A stretch of 64,000 bases of DNA from a bacterium (GTDB taxonomy: Bacteria; Patescibacteriota; Minisyncoccia; Phycocordibacterales; UBA9973), in contig JBAWZD010000001.1 of the NCBI GenBank assembly GCA_037143195.1, positions 144,892 through 208,891 on the forward strand, in the 5' to 3' direction. The notes beneath the pieces are model-generated. The model was not told the DNA's origin. It worked only from the letters and a program-made list of their open reading frames with translations, and ran no database searches. A program made the position numbers and the translations under genes. Every line of letters begins with the position of its first letter. The stretch's first letter is position 1. Positions 10,185 to 20,643 of this stretch are shown piece by piece.

Positions 10185-11735
10185 ATGGACTCATCAATCA
10201 AAAAACAAATTGTGCTTGTGGTGCTCGATGGATGGGGCGAGCGCGCGGAAGCGCGCGACAATGCTATCCGCGAAGCCAAGACTCCGTTTTTTGATTCGCT
10301 CATCGCCACGTATCCGCACACCACGCTTGATGCTTCTGAAGAAAACGTCGGTTTGCCATCGGGACAAATCGGCAACAGTGAAGTCGGACATATGACCATA
10401 GGTGCAGGACGCGTGATTGATACTGATCTCGTACGTATTACAAAAGCGATGAAGGCAGGAGAATTCGTCACGAATCCTGCACTCAAAACTGTCTACGACC
10501 ATGTCAAAACACATGGCTCGACACTGCACATCATGGGACTCGTATCGCCAGGCGGAATTCATAGTCACGAAGAACATTTGTATGGTTTGCTTCGTGCTTG
10601 CAAAGATGTCGGACTCACGAATGTCGCGATTCACGCATTCACCGATGGTCGCGACGTTGCTCCCCAAAGTGGTGCAGAATCTCTCAAGCGACTCGAAGTA
10701 TTGTGTACAGAGCTCGGTGTCGGGCGCATCGCGAGCGTGAGTGGTCGTATCTACGCCATGGATCGCGACAACAATTGGGACCGCATCGCAAAAGTACAAC
10801 ATGCGATCTGTGATGGGGTCGGATGCGCGACCTCGACGACGAGCGGTGTTGAACAAACCAAATCCGCTTCGAGTGTTGTCGAAGCAATGTATGGCGCGGG
10901 CACTTTTGATGAACACATTGAGCCTGTTGTATTTCTTGATACGAACGGCAAGGCGTCGACTATAGGAATGAATGATGGCGTGATCTTTTTTAATTTCCGT
11001 CCCGACCGCGCGCGCGAAATGAGTAAGGTCATTGCCGATATGCGCACTGCGATGAATCTTTCGTTCACGACGCTCACCGAATACGATGCCAAACTCGAGG
11101 CGAATGTTGCATTTCCTCAAACCAAAATCGAGACAACGCTTGCGAATGAAATCGCAAAAGCGGGAATGACGCAGGCGCATATTGCTGAGACTGAAAAATA
11201 TCCGCACGCGACGTATTTTCTAAACGGGGGACAGGAGACGCCACACGACGGTGAAGAATTCGTGCTCATCGCGAGTCGCAAGGACGTGCTCACGCACGAC
11301 CTTGCCCCTGAAATGCGCGCGAAGGAAATCGCCGACGCAGCGATTGCGCGTATCGATAGTGGGACAGACTTTATTTTTATAAACTTCGCGAATGCCGACA
11401 TGGTCGGACACACTGCAAACAAGCCTGCAATCATCACTGCTGTCGAGACAGTCGACCGTGAGCTCGGTCGGGTCATTGGCGCGCTCACCGCGCGCCACCC
11501 ACACGGCGGAGGCATAGCATTCATCACCGCCGACCACGGCAACGCCGAAATGAACATCGATCCGAAGACCGGAGAAAAACACACCGCTCACACCTTAAAC
11601 GTCGTGCCAGCAATCCTGACCGAAAAAGGTCACGAACTCCATCACGGCACGCTCGCCGACATCGCACCCACCGTCCTCACGCTCTACGGCTTGCCGGTGC
11701 CTCCTGCTATGACGGGAAAAATTTTAATAAAATAA
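10185..11735 (+). CDS. gpmI: 2,3-bisphosphoglycerate-independent phosphoglycerate mutase
   Basis: LDGWG, GNSEVGH, DGRD, AMDRD, ETEKYPH, ADMVGH, TADHGN. Confidence 0.97.
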   Translation: MDSSIKKQIVLVVLDGWGERAEARDNAIREAKTPFFDSLIATYPHTTLDASEENVGLPSGQIGNSEVGHMTIGAGRVIDTDLVRITKAMKAGEFVTNPALKTVYDHVKTHGSTLHIMGLVSPGGIHSHEEHLYGLLRACKDVGLTNVAIHAFTDGRDVAPQSGAESLKRLEVLCTELGVGRIASVSGRIYAMDRDNNWDRIAKVQHAICDGVGCATSTTSGVEQTKSASSVVEAMYGAGTFDEHIEPVVFLDTNGKASTIGMNDGVIFFNFRPDRAREMSKVIADMRTAMNLSFTTLTEYDAKLEANVAFPQTKIETTLANEIAKAGMTQAHIAETEKYPHATYFLNGGQETPHDGEEFVLIASRKDVLTHDLAPEMRAKEIADAAIARIDSGTDFIFINFANADMVGHTANKPAIITAVETVDRELGRVIGALTARHPHGGGIAFITADHGNAEMNIDPKTGEKHTAHTLNVVPAILTEKGHELHHGTLADIAPTVLTLYGLPVPPAMTGKILIK

Positions 11736-11741
11736 AAATAT

Positions 11742-12333
11742 ATGGATTATAAAATAATAATTAGTACGATCGCAGTTATACTTTCGTTTGTTGGATATGG
11801 TGCGTATGTGCGGGATATATTTAAGAGGAAAACTGTCCCTCACACTTTCACGTTTTTGATTTGGGGCATCGCGAGTTCCATAACGTGGGCACTTCAGGTG
11901 TATGGGGGGGGCAGGGGTTGGCTCGTGGGTAACCTTCGCCGTTTCAGTAATTTGTATTTTTATTTTCCTTCTATCGTTTAAGTATGGAGAAAAGAAAATT
12001 ACGATCTCTGATATTGCCTTTTTGTTACTTTCATTTGTTGCACTCTTCTTGTGGATAGTAGTAAAACAACCTGTTTGGTCAGTGGTTCTCGTTGTGTTAA
12101 CTGATGTGCTTGGATTTGTTCCAACGATCCGCAAGTCGTGGGATAAGCCATATGAAGAAACACTTTTTACTTGGGAGATGACAGCGTTTCGTCATGGCCT
12201 GAGTATTTTTGCTCTTCAGAAATTTAATATTCTGACTATGCTCTATCCGGTAACATGGGTCATTGTAAATGCTTTGTTTAGTATCTTCTTAATAATTCGA
12301 AGGAAACAAATTGGTCAAAAAAAAGGGTTTTGA
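11742..12333 (+). pseudogene. Multi-TM membrane protein split by a +1 frameshift in a G8 tract
   Basis: ORFs 11742-11981 and 11902-12333 join into one continuous hydrophobic protein (..ALQVYGGAGVGSW..) if G8 at 11904-11911 becomes G7. Confidence 0.75.
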
Positions 12334-12499
12334 CTTTCGGACACAAACTTGCTATTCTTGTCTGGATATACCCATGCAATCGAAAACCATCCACAACTTC
12401 GTTTTTGGTTTTAAACCCCACTCTCATTCTGAGGGCTGGGGTTATTTTTTTGCCTCGACTTGCGACGGGTCCGATTCTTCGGGAAGTGCCCATGCTTAG
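12330..12499 (+). promoter_or_regulatory. pyr operon promoter, leader ORF and attenuator
   Basis: TTGACT-N17-TATTCT (12330-12358); 41-codon leader ORF 12374-12499 crossing a hairpin plus T7 at about 12413-12451. Confidence 0.6.
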
Positions 12500-13724
12500 T
12501 ATTGAGGGAATGATGGTTTTGCCTGAGGGCGCACGACTTGCTCGGGTGGAGATTGATACGGAGCGGGGTGTTATTACCAAGGTAGCGGAGCCGGTAGGCT
12601 CCGCGGATATTGTGCTCGATAGCACGAAACTCGTATTCCCAGGATTCATCGACGTCCACGTGCACGCGCGCGAAGATGTGACGCATTCGCAGGATTACAA
12701 AGAGGACTATCTCACCGCAAGCGAAGCTGCGATAAACGGTGGTCTCGTCGCATTCGCCGATATGCCAAACTGCCCAACGCCACCAGTCGACGATGCTTCA
12801 TATGATGCGCGTCAGGCACTCACACAGAAATCTGCAGTTACAATTTTGCTCTACGCAGGTATTGGACCTGCGACGAGTCCGCTCACGCACACCGTCCCAT
12901 ACAAGGCATTCATGGGTCACTCGATGGGTGATCTCTTCTTCCGCTCGCGCGAAGAGCTCGAGGCAGCGCTTGCTCGCTACGAAGGTCAGTCTGTCAGCTT
13001 TCATTGTGAAGACCCAAAGATAATGGACGAACACAAAGGTGATGCGACACACGAAGCGCGTCGTCCTGAATCGGCAGAAATTTCCGCTGTCGATACCGCG
13101 CTCGCTCTCATCGAGAAATACCATCTCAAAGGCAAGATTTGTCACGCCTCAACAATAGAAGCGATTCGAAAGATCGCACAGGCAAAAGCACGCGGACTCG
13201 CAGTGACGGTGGAAGTTACGCCACACCATTTGTATTTCGATGAGACACAATTCCGAGATCATGTACCAACACAATTCCAAGTAAATCCACCGATTCGCCA
13301 AACCAAAGAAAATCGCCTCGCGCTCATCGAAGCACTCAGAAGTGGAGACATCGACTATCTCGCGACCGACCATGCACCACATTCAATCGAAGAAAAGAAA
13401 AACGGCATGTCAGGTCTCACGCATCTCGATACCTACGGAGCATTCACGACATGGCTCATGCACGAACATGCATTCCGACCAGAAGATATCGCACGCGTGT
13501 GCGCGAATGGTCCAGGGCAATTCATGAACGCATTTCAGAGAGACAAGTACGGGTTCATCAAAGAAGAGTATACAGGTTCACTTACCATACTCGCACCGAA
13601 CATGCCGACAGAAATCCGCGCAGAGAATCTGAAAACGAAGTGCAAGTGGTCACCATTTGAAGGAGTCACATTCCAAGGCAAAGTCGTTACAACAATAGTA
13701 AAAGGAAAAATATATGAATGCTAA
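12492..13724 (+). CDS. pyrC: Dihydroorotase (type I)
   Basis: PGFIDVHVHAR, DMPN, EVTPHHL, VNPPIR, ATDHAPH, WSPFEG. Confidence 0.9.
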   Translation: MLSIEGMMVLPEGARLARVEIDTERGVITKVAEPVGSADIVLDSTKLVFPGFIDVHVHAREDVTHSQDYKEDYLTASEAAINGGLVAFADMPNCPTPPVDDASYDARQALTQKSAVTILLYAGIGPATSPLTHTVPYKAFMGHSMGDLFFRSREELEAALARYEGQSVSFHCEDPKIMDEHKGDATHEARRPESAEISAVDTALALIEKYHLKGKICHASTIEAIRKIAQAKARGLAVTVEVTPHHLYFDETQFRDHVPTQFQVNPPIRQTKENRLALIEALRSGDIDYLATDHAPHSIEEKKNGMSGLTHLDTYGAFTTWLMHEHAFRPEDIARVCANGPGQFMNAFQRDKYGFIKEEYTGSLTILAPNMPTEIRAENLKTKCKWSPFEGVTFQGKVVTTIVKGKIYEC

Positions 13725-14763
13725 ATTAATTTTTAAAGATAAATCTGAATACGAAGGTAAAAGTTTTGGAGCAGACACCGCTGTCTCAGGCGAAGTGGTA
13801 TTCGCGACTGGTATGGTCGGATATCCTGAGGCACTGACTGATCCATCGTTTCGTGGACAGATTCTCGTCATGACGTATCCGCTCGTGGGCAATTACGGTG
13901 TGCCACGTGAAGACCTCTGGGAATCAAAAGAAATTCAGGTTGCAGGACTCATTGTCTCCTCATATATAGACACACCTTCGCACTCGACTTCAGAAATGAC
14001 GCTCGGAGAATGGTTTCGCAAACAGAACGTGCCACTCTTTGAAATCAAAGACACCCGCGCGCTCGCAGAAAAATTGCGTGATGGCGGAGCGATGCTCGGC
14101 AAAATGATTGTCGGCAAAAAGGATATTCCATTCGTTGATCCAAATGTGCGCAATCTTTCGGCGGAAGTTTCGACCAAAGAAATGCTCACGTTTGGTGAGG
14201 GTGAAAAAACTGTTGTCGTTATCGACTGTGGTACGAAGATGAATATCGCGCGACGCTTCGCGTCGCGCGGAGTCAAAGTCGTCGTCGTCCCATGGGACAC
14301 CGACGTGACAAAGCTCGACTTCAAAGTCGATGGTGTACTCATCTCAAACGGCCCTGGCGATCCAAAAAAAGTCACGGCAACAATCGCAAACGTCAAAAAG
14401 ATTCTCGCAAAGAAAATTCCAATTCTTGGCATTTGTCTTGGAAACCAAATCCTCGCGCTTGCAGCTGGAGGCAATACCTACAAATTGAAATTTGGTCACC
14501 GCAGTCAAAATCAACCAGCAGTGCTCTCGGGTACAAATCAGGCATATCTCACGACACAAAACCATGGATTTGCTGTAGGCAAAATTCCTGCAGGTTTCCG
14601 TGAATGGTTTGTGAACGGGAACGACGGCACAAACGAAGGAATCATTCACAAGTCACTTCCAATCATGTCAGTCCAATTCCATCCAGAAAGTTCACCGGGG
14701 CCACTTGATACGGATTGGATCTTCGACTACTTCTTAGAAAAAGCTAACCTCCTCAAGAAGTAA
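13714..14763 (+). CDS. carA: Carbamoyl-phosphate synthase small subunit
   Basis: GEVVF.TGMVGY, SNGPGDP, GICLG, QNHGF, QFHPE. Confidence 0.97.
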   Translation: MNAKLIFKDKSEYEGKSFGADTAVSGEVVFATGMVGYPEALTDPSFRGQILVMTYPLVGNYGVPREDLWESKEIQVAGLIVSSYIDTPSHSTSEMTLGEWFRKQNVPLFEIKDTRALAEKLRDGGAMLGKMIVGKKDIPFVDPNVRNLSAEVSTKEMLTFGEGEKTVVVIDCGTKMNIARRFASRGVKVVVVPWDTDVTKLDFKVDGVLISNGPGDPKKVTATIANVKKILAKKIPILGICLGNQILALAAGGNTYKLKFGHRSQNQPAVLSGTNQAYLTTQNHGFAVGKIPAGFREWFVNGNDGTNEGIIHKSLPIMSVQFHPESSPGPLDTDWIFDYFLEKANLLKK

Positions 14764-14766
14764 TCT

Positions 14767-17700
14767 ATGGCAACAGCAACAACGACAATGAAAAAAGACT
14801 CACAAAAAAACCACACAGCAAAATTCAAAAAGGTCTTGGTCCTCGGATCGGGAGCTTTGAAGATTGGTGAGGCAGGTGAATTCGATTACTCAGGTTCACA
14901 GGCTATCAAGGCACTCAAAGAAGAAGGTATCAAATGTGTGCTCATCAATCCGAACATTGCGACATTCCAAACATCAAAAGAACTCGCTGACGAAGTATAT
15001 TTCTTGCCAGTGAATCCGTACTTTGTTGAGAAGGTGATTGCAAAAGAAAAGCCTGACGGCATCATGCTTTCATTCGGAGGACAGACGGCACTCAACTGCG
15101 GACTCGCGCTCGAAGAAAAAGGAATTTTGAAAAAGCACAACGTCGCCGTACTCGGTACTCCAGTCGCATCAATCGACCTGACTGAAGATCGCCAGCTCTT
15201 TGCCGATCATCTTCGCGCACTTGGTATTCCAACAGCTCCAAGTGGTGCTGCGACGAATTTTGAGGACGCACTTCGCATTGGTCATCAAATCGGATTTCCG
15301 CTCATGGTACGCGCAGCGTTCGCGCTTGGCGGACAAAAGTCTGGAATCGCGCATGATGATGCCGAGCTCAAAGAAATCGTCGAAGGTGCTCTCGCGATTG
15401 CACCACAAGTGCTCGTCGAAAAATATTTGCATCACTTCAAGGAAATTGAATATGAAGTTGTGCGCGACCGATTCAACAACGTCGTGACTGTCTGTAATAT
15501 GGAAAACTTTGACCCACTCGGTATTCACACGGGTGATTCAATCGTCATCGCGCCATCACAGACGCTCAACAACTTTGAATATCACGGATTGCGTGAAGCA
15601 TCGATTCGCATCGTGAAGAGTCTTGGAATCGTTGGAGAATGTAACGTGCAGTACGCGCTCAATCCAAATCCAAAAGAAGGGGAACTTGATTACTTTGTGA
15701 TTGAGGTCAACGCGCGTCTTTCACGCTCAAGTGCGCTCGCATCAAAGGCGACAGGATATCCGCTCGCATACGTCGCAGCAAAACTCGCGCTCGGCAAGAG
15801 TTTGCTCGAAATCAAAAACAAAATCACACAGGTCACGCAGAGTTTCTTCGAACCTGCGCTCGACTACGTCGTCGTGAAATTCCCACGATGGGACCTCGAC
15901 AAATTCGTCGGTGCTGACGTCAAAATTGGTAGTGCGATGAAATCAGTCGGAGAAGTCATGGCAATCGGAAGAAATTTTGAAGAGGCCATGCAGAAGGCGG
16001 TGCGCATGCAGTCAGGTGCGACAGAAAGTGTGACCGACAATGGATTCGTCGACAAGAGTGAGGTGCGACGATTTCTCGAAACACCAACTCCAAAACGTTT
16101 GTTTGCAATTACCGAGAGTATGAAAGACGGCATGAGTGTTGATGCGATTCATGATATCACGGGTGTTGATCGATGGTTCTTGTATCGCCTTGAGGCTATC
16201 GTCCGCGCCGAACTCGCGCTTGGCACGACACAAAAACTCGACAAAGAAACAATGCTTTCGCTCAAGCGTCTTGGATTTTCCGACAAAAAAATTGGACAGG
16301 TCATCGGAAAAACTGAGTTTGATGTTCGTAAGACTCGTAAGCAATTTAAAATTCTTCCATCGATATTCCAGATTGATACGCTTGCGGGAGAAGTGCCTGC
16401 GAAGACAAATTATCTGTATCTCACGTATCACGGCAATCACAACGACGTGAAGCCGCTCGGCAAAAATGCGATCATGGTGCTCGGTTCAGGCCCGTATCAC
16501 ATCGGAAGTTCCGTTGAGTTCGATTGGTCATGTGTCAACGCTGCGCTCGCACTCAAGAAACACAAAAAAGAATCAATTGTCATCAACTGTAATCCAGAAA
16601 CAGTTTCAACGGATTACGATATGAGTGATCGTCTCTATTTCGAAAATCTTTCATTTGAAACAGTTGCAGACATTTATGAATTTGAAAATTCTGGAGGTCT
16701 CGTGATTTCCGTCGGAGGTCAGCGACCAAACAATCTTGCGCGCAAGCTCTCGAAAGAAAAATTCCATATTCTTGGAACAACGGCACAGAATATTGATCGA
16801 GCCGAGGATCGCAATGCATTTAGCGCGTTGCTCGACAAGCTCAATATCTTGCAACCAAAATGGCAGAGCTTTAGTACTCTCGAGGAAGCAGAAAAATTCG
16901 CCGAGCTTGAAGGCTATCCAGTCCTCGTACGACCTTCATACGTGCTCTCCGGAGCTGCGATGAGTGTCTGCTACACAAAGGCACAACTGCACAATTTCAT
17001 TGGCAAGGCAGCGATCCTTGGACCAGAACACCCAGTGACAATCTCGAAATTCGTCGAGAATGCGAAAGAGCTCGAATTCGATGCTGTGGCACAAAATGGT
17101 GAAGTCATGGTCTACGGCATTAGTGAGCACGTTGAGAATGCGGGAGTGCACTCAGGTGATGCAACAATCGTTTTCCCAACTCAGCGTGTGTATGCCTCGA
17201 CTGAATCGCAAATCCGTGAAATCTCAAAAAAGATTGCAAAAGAACTTTCGATTACAGGGCCATTCAATATTCAGTTCCTCGTCAAAGACAACAAGCCGTC
17301 GGTGATTGAAGTGAACCTTCGCGCAAGTCGCACATTCCCAATGCTGTCAAAAGCAATGGATGTGAACTTCCCAGAAATGGCAGTTGATAGTTTCTTTGGT
17401 AAGGCAAAACAACACACGTTTGTATATCCAAAGAGTGTTATTGTGAAGAGTCCACAATTCTCGTTCTCACGATTGCTCGGTGCTGACCCAATCTTGCGCG
17501 TTGAAATGTCTTCGACTGGTGAGGTGGCCTGTTTTGGAAAAGATTACGATGAGGCATTGCTCAAATCGATCATGAGTGCGCACACGTTTGATTTCCGAAA
17601 GCGAAGCGTCTTGCTTTCGCTTGGTGGTCTCGTCAACAAAGCAAAATTCTTGGAGTCAGCAAAATTGCTCAAGGCACTCGGATACAAACTCTACGCGACA

Positions 17701-18027
17701 GAGAACACATCAGAATTCTTGAATGAGCAAGGTGTTGAGACGACCTTGGTACGCAAAGCGTACGAGGATTCACCAAATTTCCTTGATTTGATGCATTCGC
17801 GAGAAGTCGCCTTTGTCGTAAACCTAAGTCAGACGGCAAGTATGAAAAAAGAAGAGGCGAAACAGCTTACCGATGGATTCCAGATTCGCCGCGCAGCTGT
17901 CGACAATCAGGTGCCACTCTTTACGGACCTTCATCTTGGACGAGCGTTCATCAAAGCCCTTTCGAATTATCAAATTGATGACCTTGAGATCAAGTCGTAC
18001 AAGGAATATCTCGGTATTACTCAATAA
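14767..18027 (+). CDS. carB: Carbamoyl-phosphate synthase large subunit
   Basis: GEFDYSGSQA, HTGDS, EVNARLSRSSALASKATG, NCNPETVSTDYD, C-terminal MGS domain. Confidence 0.98.
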   Translation: MATATTTMKKDSQKNHTAKFKKVLVLGSGALKIGEAGEFDYSGSQAIKALKEEGIKCVLINPNIATFQTSKELADEVYFLPVNPYFVEKVIAKEKPDGIMLSFGGQTALNCGLALEEKGILKKHNVAVLGTPVASIDLTEDRQLFADHLRALGIPTAPSGAATNFEDALRIGHQIGFPLMVRAAFALGGQKSGIAHDDAELKEIVEGALAIAPQVLVEKYLHHFKEIEYEVVRDRFNNVVTVCNMENFDPLGIHTGDSIVIAPSQTLNNFEYHGLREASIRIVKSLGIVGECNVQYALNPNPKEGELDYFVIEVNARLSRSSALASKATGYPLAYVAAKLALGKSLLEIKNKITQVTQSFFEPALDYVVVKFPRWDLDKFVGADVKIGSAMKSVGEVMAIGRNFEEAMQKAVRMQSGATESVTDNGFVDKSEVRRFLETPTPKRLFAITESMKDGMSVDAIHDITGVDRWFLYRLEAIVRAELALGTTQKLDKETMLSLKRLGFSDKKIGQVIGKTEFDVRKTRKQFKILPSIFQIDTLAGEVPAKTNYLYLTYHGNHNDVKPLGKNAIMVLGSGPYHIGSSVEFDWSCVNAALALKKHKKESIVINCNPETVSTDYDMSDRLYFENLSFETVADIYEFENSGGLVISVGGQRPNNLARKLSKEKFHILGTTAQNIDRAEDRNAFSALLDKLNILQPKWQSFSTLEEAEKFAELEGYPVLVRPSYVLSGAAMSVCYTKAQLHNFIGKAAILGPEHPVTISKFVENAKELEFDAVAQNGEVMVYGISEHVENAGVHSGDATIVFPTQRVYASTESQIREISKKIAKELSITGPFNIQFLVKDNKPSVIEVNLRASRTFPMLSKAMDVNFPEMAVDSFFGKAKQHTFVYPKSVIVKSPQFSFSRLLGADPILRVEMSSTGEVACFGKDYDEALLKSIMSAHTFDFRKRSVLLSLGGLVNKAKFLESAKLLKALGYKLYATENTSEFLNEQGVETTLVRKAYEDSPNFLDLMHSREVAFVVNLSQTASMKKEEAKQLTDGFQIRRAAVDNQVPLFTDLHLGRAFIKALSNYQIDDLEIKSYKEYLGITQ

Positions 18028-18036
18028 TAGAAATCT

Positions 18037-18954
18037 ATGTCACACGTACTCACTACGAAGCAATTTACAAAAGTCGACGCAGAACGTATCCTCGCGCGTG
18101 CGAAGGATATGGAATTGCAGTGTTCAACAGGGACGGTCGACAAATTGTTGAAAGACAAAATCGTTGCATGTATTTTCTTTGAGCCATCGACACGTACTCG
18201 ACTTTCGTTTGAAACGGCGGCGCTTCGTCTTGGAGCACAGGTCATTTCAGCAGAAGACGCAGCAGGCAATTCTTCGGCATACAAAGGGGAGACGATTGAG
18301 GATACCGCTCGAATTCTTTCGTGTTATGCGGATGTTATTGTGATGCGTCACTATCTTCCGGGGGCGGCCGAGGCTCTCGCCTCGGCCGCCTCAAAGCCCG
18401 TCGTCAACGCTGGCGATGGAGCCCATGAGCACCCATCACAAGGACTTCTTGATCTCTATACAATCCAAAAGGAACACGGACGTCTTGAGAATCTCACCGT
18501 CGCTTTTGTCGGAGATTTGAAAAACAGTCGAACATTGCACTCGCTCCTTCCGCTCATGACGCAGTATTCTGGAAATACATTCTATTTTGTCTCTCCAAAA
18601 GAATTGCGCGTAGCACCGGAGCAGCTCGCCGAACTCACTGCAAAGGGTGTACAATTTGTCGAATCTGAAAGTCTCGATGAAGTATTGCCAAAAGCTGATG
18701 TGCTCTATATGACACGTGTTCAAAAAGAACGTTTTGAAAACGAAGCAGACTACGACAAAGTCAAAGATGCGTTCTTGCTGACAAAAGCAGACCTCGACCA
18801 CATGAAGCCAGATGCAATCATCATGCACCCACTCCCACGCATCAACGAAGTTGATCATGCGATCGATACGGACAAGCGTGCCGCATACTTCCGTCAGGCT
18901 CAGAACGGCCTCTATGTTCGTATGGCACTCTTGCTCTACGTGTTTGGATTATAA
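18037..18954 (+). CDS. pyrB: Aspartate carbamoyltransferase catalytic subunit
   Basis: FEPSTRT, NAGDG..HPSQ, RVQKER, HPLPR. Confidence 0.97.
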   Translation: MSHVLTTKQFTKVDAERILARAKDMELQCSTGTVDKLLKDKIVACIFFEPSTRTRLSFETAALRLGAQVISAEDAAGNSSAYKGETIEDTARILSCYADVIVMRHYLPGAAEALASAASKPVVNAGDGAHEHPSQGLLDLYTIQKEHGRLENLTVAFVGDLKNSRTLHSLLPLMTQYSGNTFYFVSPKELRVAPEQLAELTAKGVQFVESESLDEVLPKADVLYMTRVQKERFENEADYDKVKDAFLLTKADLDHMKPDAIIMHPLPRINEVDHAIDTDKRAAYFRQAQNGLYVRMALLLYVFGL

Positions 18955-18980
18955 TTTTAAATTAGGAGTATACTGACTGT

Positions 18981-19709
18981 ATGGAAAATTCAAGTACAAA
19001 AGCTATTTCGTTTGGAGCTACTATTTTAAGCATTGGGCTTATCGTTTGTACGCTCATCGGAGGATATTTCTTCTACCAAGCGCGTGCGCTCGACAATGTG
19101 CTCTCGGTCACAGGTTCTGCCAAAATGGATGTGACGAGTGACCAAGTCAAATGGGTCACGGTAATCACTCGACCAGCCACTGCCTCGACACTCAAGGCGG
19201 GCTACGCACAAATGAACGCAGACGCGACACTCGTGAAGCAATTCTACACCGACAACAGAATTGATCCGCAAACACTCACAATCTCGCCAGTTCAGATGAA
19301 TGAAGTATACGAACAGTACGCAAGTGCAGACAAGAAATATACACTCACTCAAACATTTGAACTTGATTCGACTGACATCGACGGCGTAACTGCGCTTTCA
19401 AAAAATACTGAATCACTCATTCAGAAAGGTGTTGTTGCTTCGACACAGACATTCGAATATTCATACTCGAAGCTTCCTGACCTTCGCGTGAGCTTGCTTG
19501 CAGATGCAGTCAAAGACGCTCGCGCACGTGCAAACGAGATAGTCTCTGGTACAGGCCAAGCAGTCGGTAAATTAAAATCTGCATCAAGTGGTGTAGTACA
19601 GGTTTTGTCTCCAAACTCAACAGATGTATCAGATTACGGATCTTACGATACTGGAAGTATCAAGAAGAGCATAATGGTGACAGTGAAAGCAACGTTCTCA
19701 CTCAAGTAA
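18981..19709 (+). CDS. SIMPL (DUF541) domain protein
   Basis: N-terminal TM, SVTGSA, AVKDARARA, C-terminal GSYDT..K..V.V..F. Confidence 0.8.
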   Translation: MENSSTKAISFGATILSIGLIVCTLIGGYFFYQARALDNVLSVTGSAKMDVTSDQVKWVTVITRPATASTLKAGYAQMNADATLVKQFYTDNRIDPQTLTISPVQMNEVYEQYASADKKYTLTQTFELDSTDIDGVTALSKNTESLIQKGVVASTQTFEYSYSKLPDLRVSLLADAVKDARARANEIVSGTGQAVGKLKSASSGVVQVLSPNSTDVSDYGSYDTGSIKKSIMVTVKATFSLK

Positions 19710-19846
19710 GGAAAGGCGCAAAAGAGCGTACACACACTTGCAAAAGCATCTTCGGAGCGCGACGGCGCGAGAATAAGGCGAAAATCCTTCAGGATTTTAC
19801 GCCGGTGCTTTTGTAAGTGTGTGTGCGCTCTTTTGCGCTACTCCTT
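19708..19846 (+). repeat. Long inverted repeat forming a Y-shaped RNA structure
   Basis: 35-bp arms (19716-19750 and 19804-19838) enclosing two hairpins; all three arm mismatches are G-U on the + strand. Confidence 0.7.
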
Positions 19847-19862
19847 GCATTTGTATCAGTGT

Positions 19863-20603
19863 TTATTTTGCGCCCTTCCACCTGTCGAGGATGATTGCTC
19901 CTGCTATTGCTGCATTGAGAGACTCAGCTTCGCCAAACCGTGGAATGGTGATTTTTTCAGTGGTGACTTTTTCAACTTGAGCACTGATGCCATGTGACTC
20001 ACTACCGATCACAAGGATTCCGTTTTTTGGAAACGCATAGGTGTGCACAGACGTGCCGCCGAGAAAAGCGCCGAGGACGGGGACTGTTTGCTTTTTGATA
20101 TAGCTCGGCAGGTCGGTATAGTGACCGCGGACACGCGTGAATGAGCCCATTGATGATGCGATGACTTTTGGATTGTACCAATCAACACAGGTGGAAGAAC
20201 ACATGATGTCGGTGATGCCATACCAATCAGCGATACGGATGAGTGTGCCGAGATTGCCAGGGTCGCGGATGTCGTCGAGTGCAAGTACGATGCCTTCAAT
20301 CTTGGTTGGAAGGACTGCTACTTTTTGATGCGCGATCGCGAGTGCTCCGTCGTTGTGTTCGAGGGTGCCGAATGCCTTGAGCTCTGCACTATCAACGGCC
20401 TGTGCTTTGATGTTTTTCTTATCGAGGAGCTTTTGATTGTTTGAGATGAAATCCTTTGTCGCGTACACTGCCTCGACAGGGTAATCGCTTGCGAGGAGTT
20501 CGGTCACGCTTTTGGTACCTTCAACGAGGAACTTTTTGGTCTCTTGGCGATACTTCTTTTCTCGGAGGGATTTGATGAGTTTTACGGCGTTTGGGCTTGT
20601 CAT
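19863..20603 (-). CDS. TrmH/SpoU-family RNA methyltransferase
   Basis: DPGNLGTLIR, IGSESHG, IP..G.AESLNAA. Confidence 0.93.
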   Translation of the reverse strand: MTSPNAVKLIKSLREKKYRQETKKFLVEGTKSVTELLASDYPVEAVYATKDFISNNQKLLDKKNIKAQAVDSAELKAFGTLEHNDGALAIAHQKVAVLPTKIEGIVLALDDIRDPGNLGTLIRIADWYGITDIMCSSTCVDWYNPKVIASSMGSFTRVRGHYTDLPSYIKKQTVPVLGAFLGGTSVHTYAFPKNGILVIGSESHGISAQVEKVTTEKITIPRFGEAESLNAAIAGAIILDRWKGAK

Positions 20604-20643
20604 TGGTTGAGTATAGAGCAAAACGGGGAATTCGGAAAGCACG

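Noticed and set aside
19716-19838. SRP RNA or 6S RNA
   Set aside because: No SRP domain IV motif and no 6S-like central bubble.
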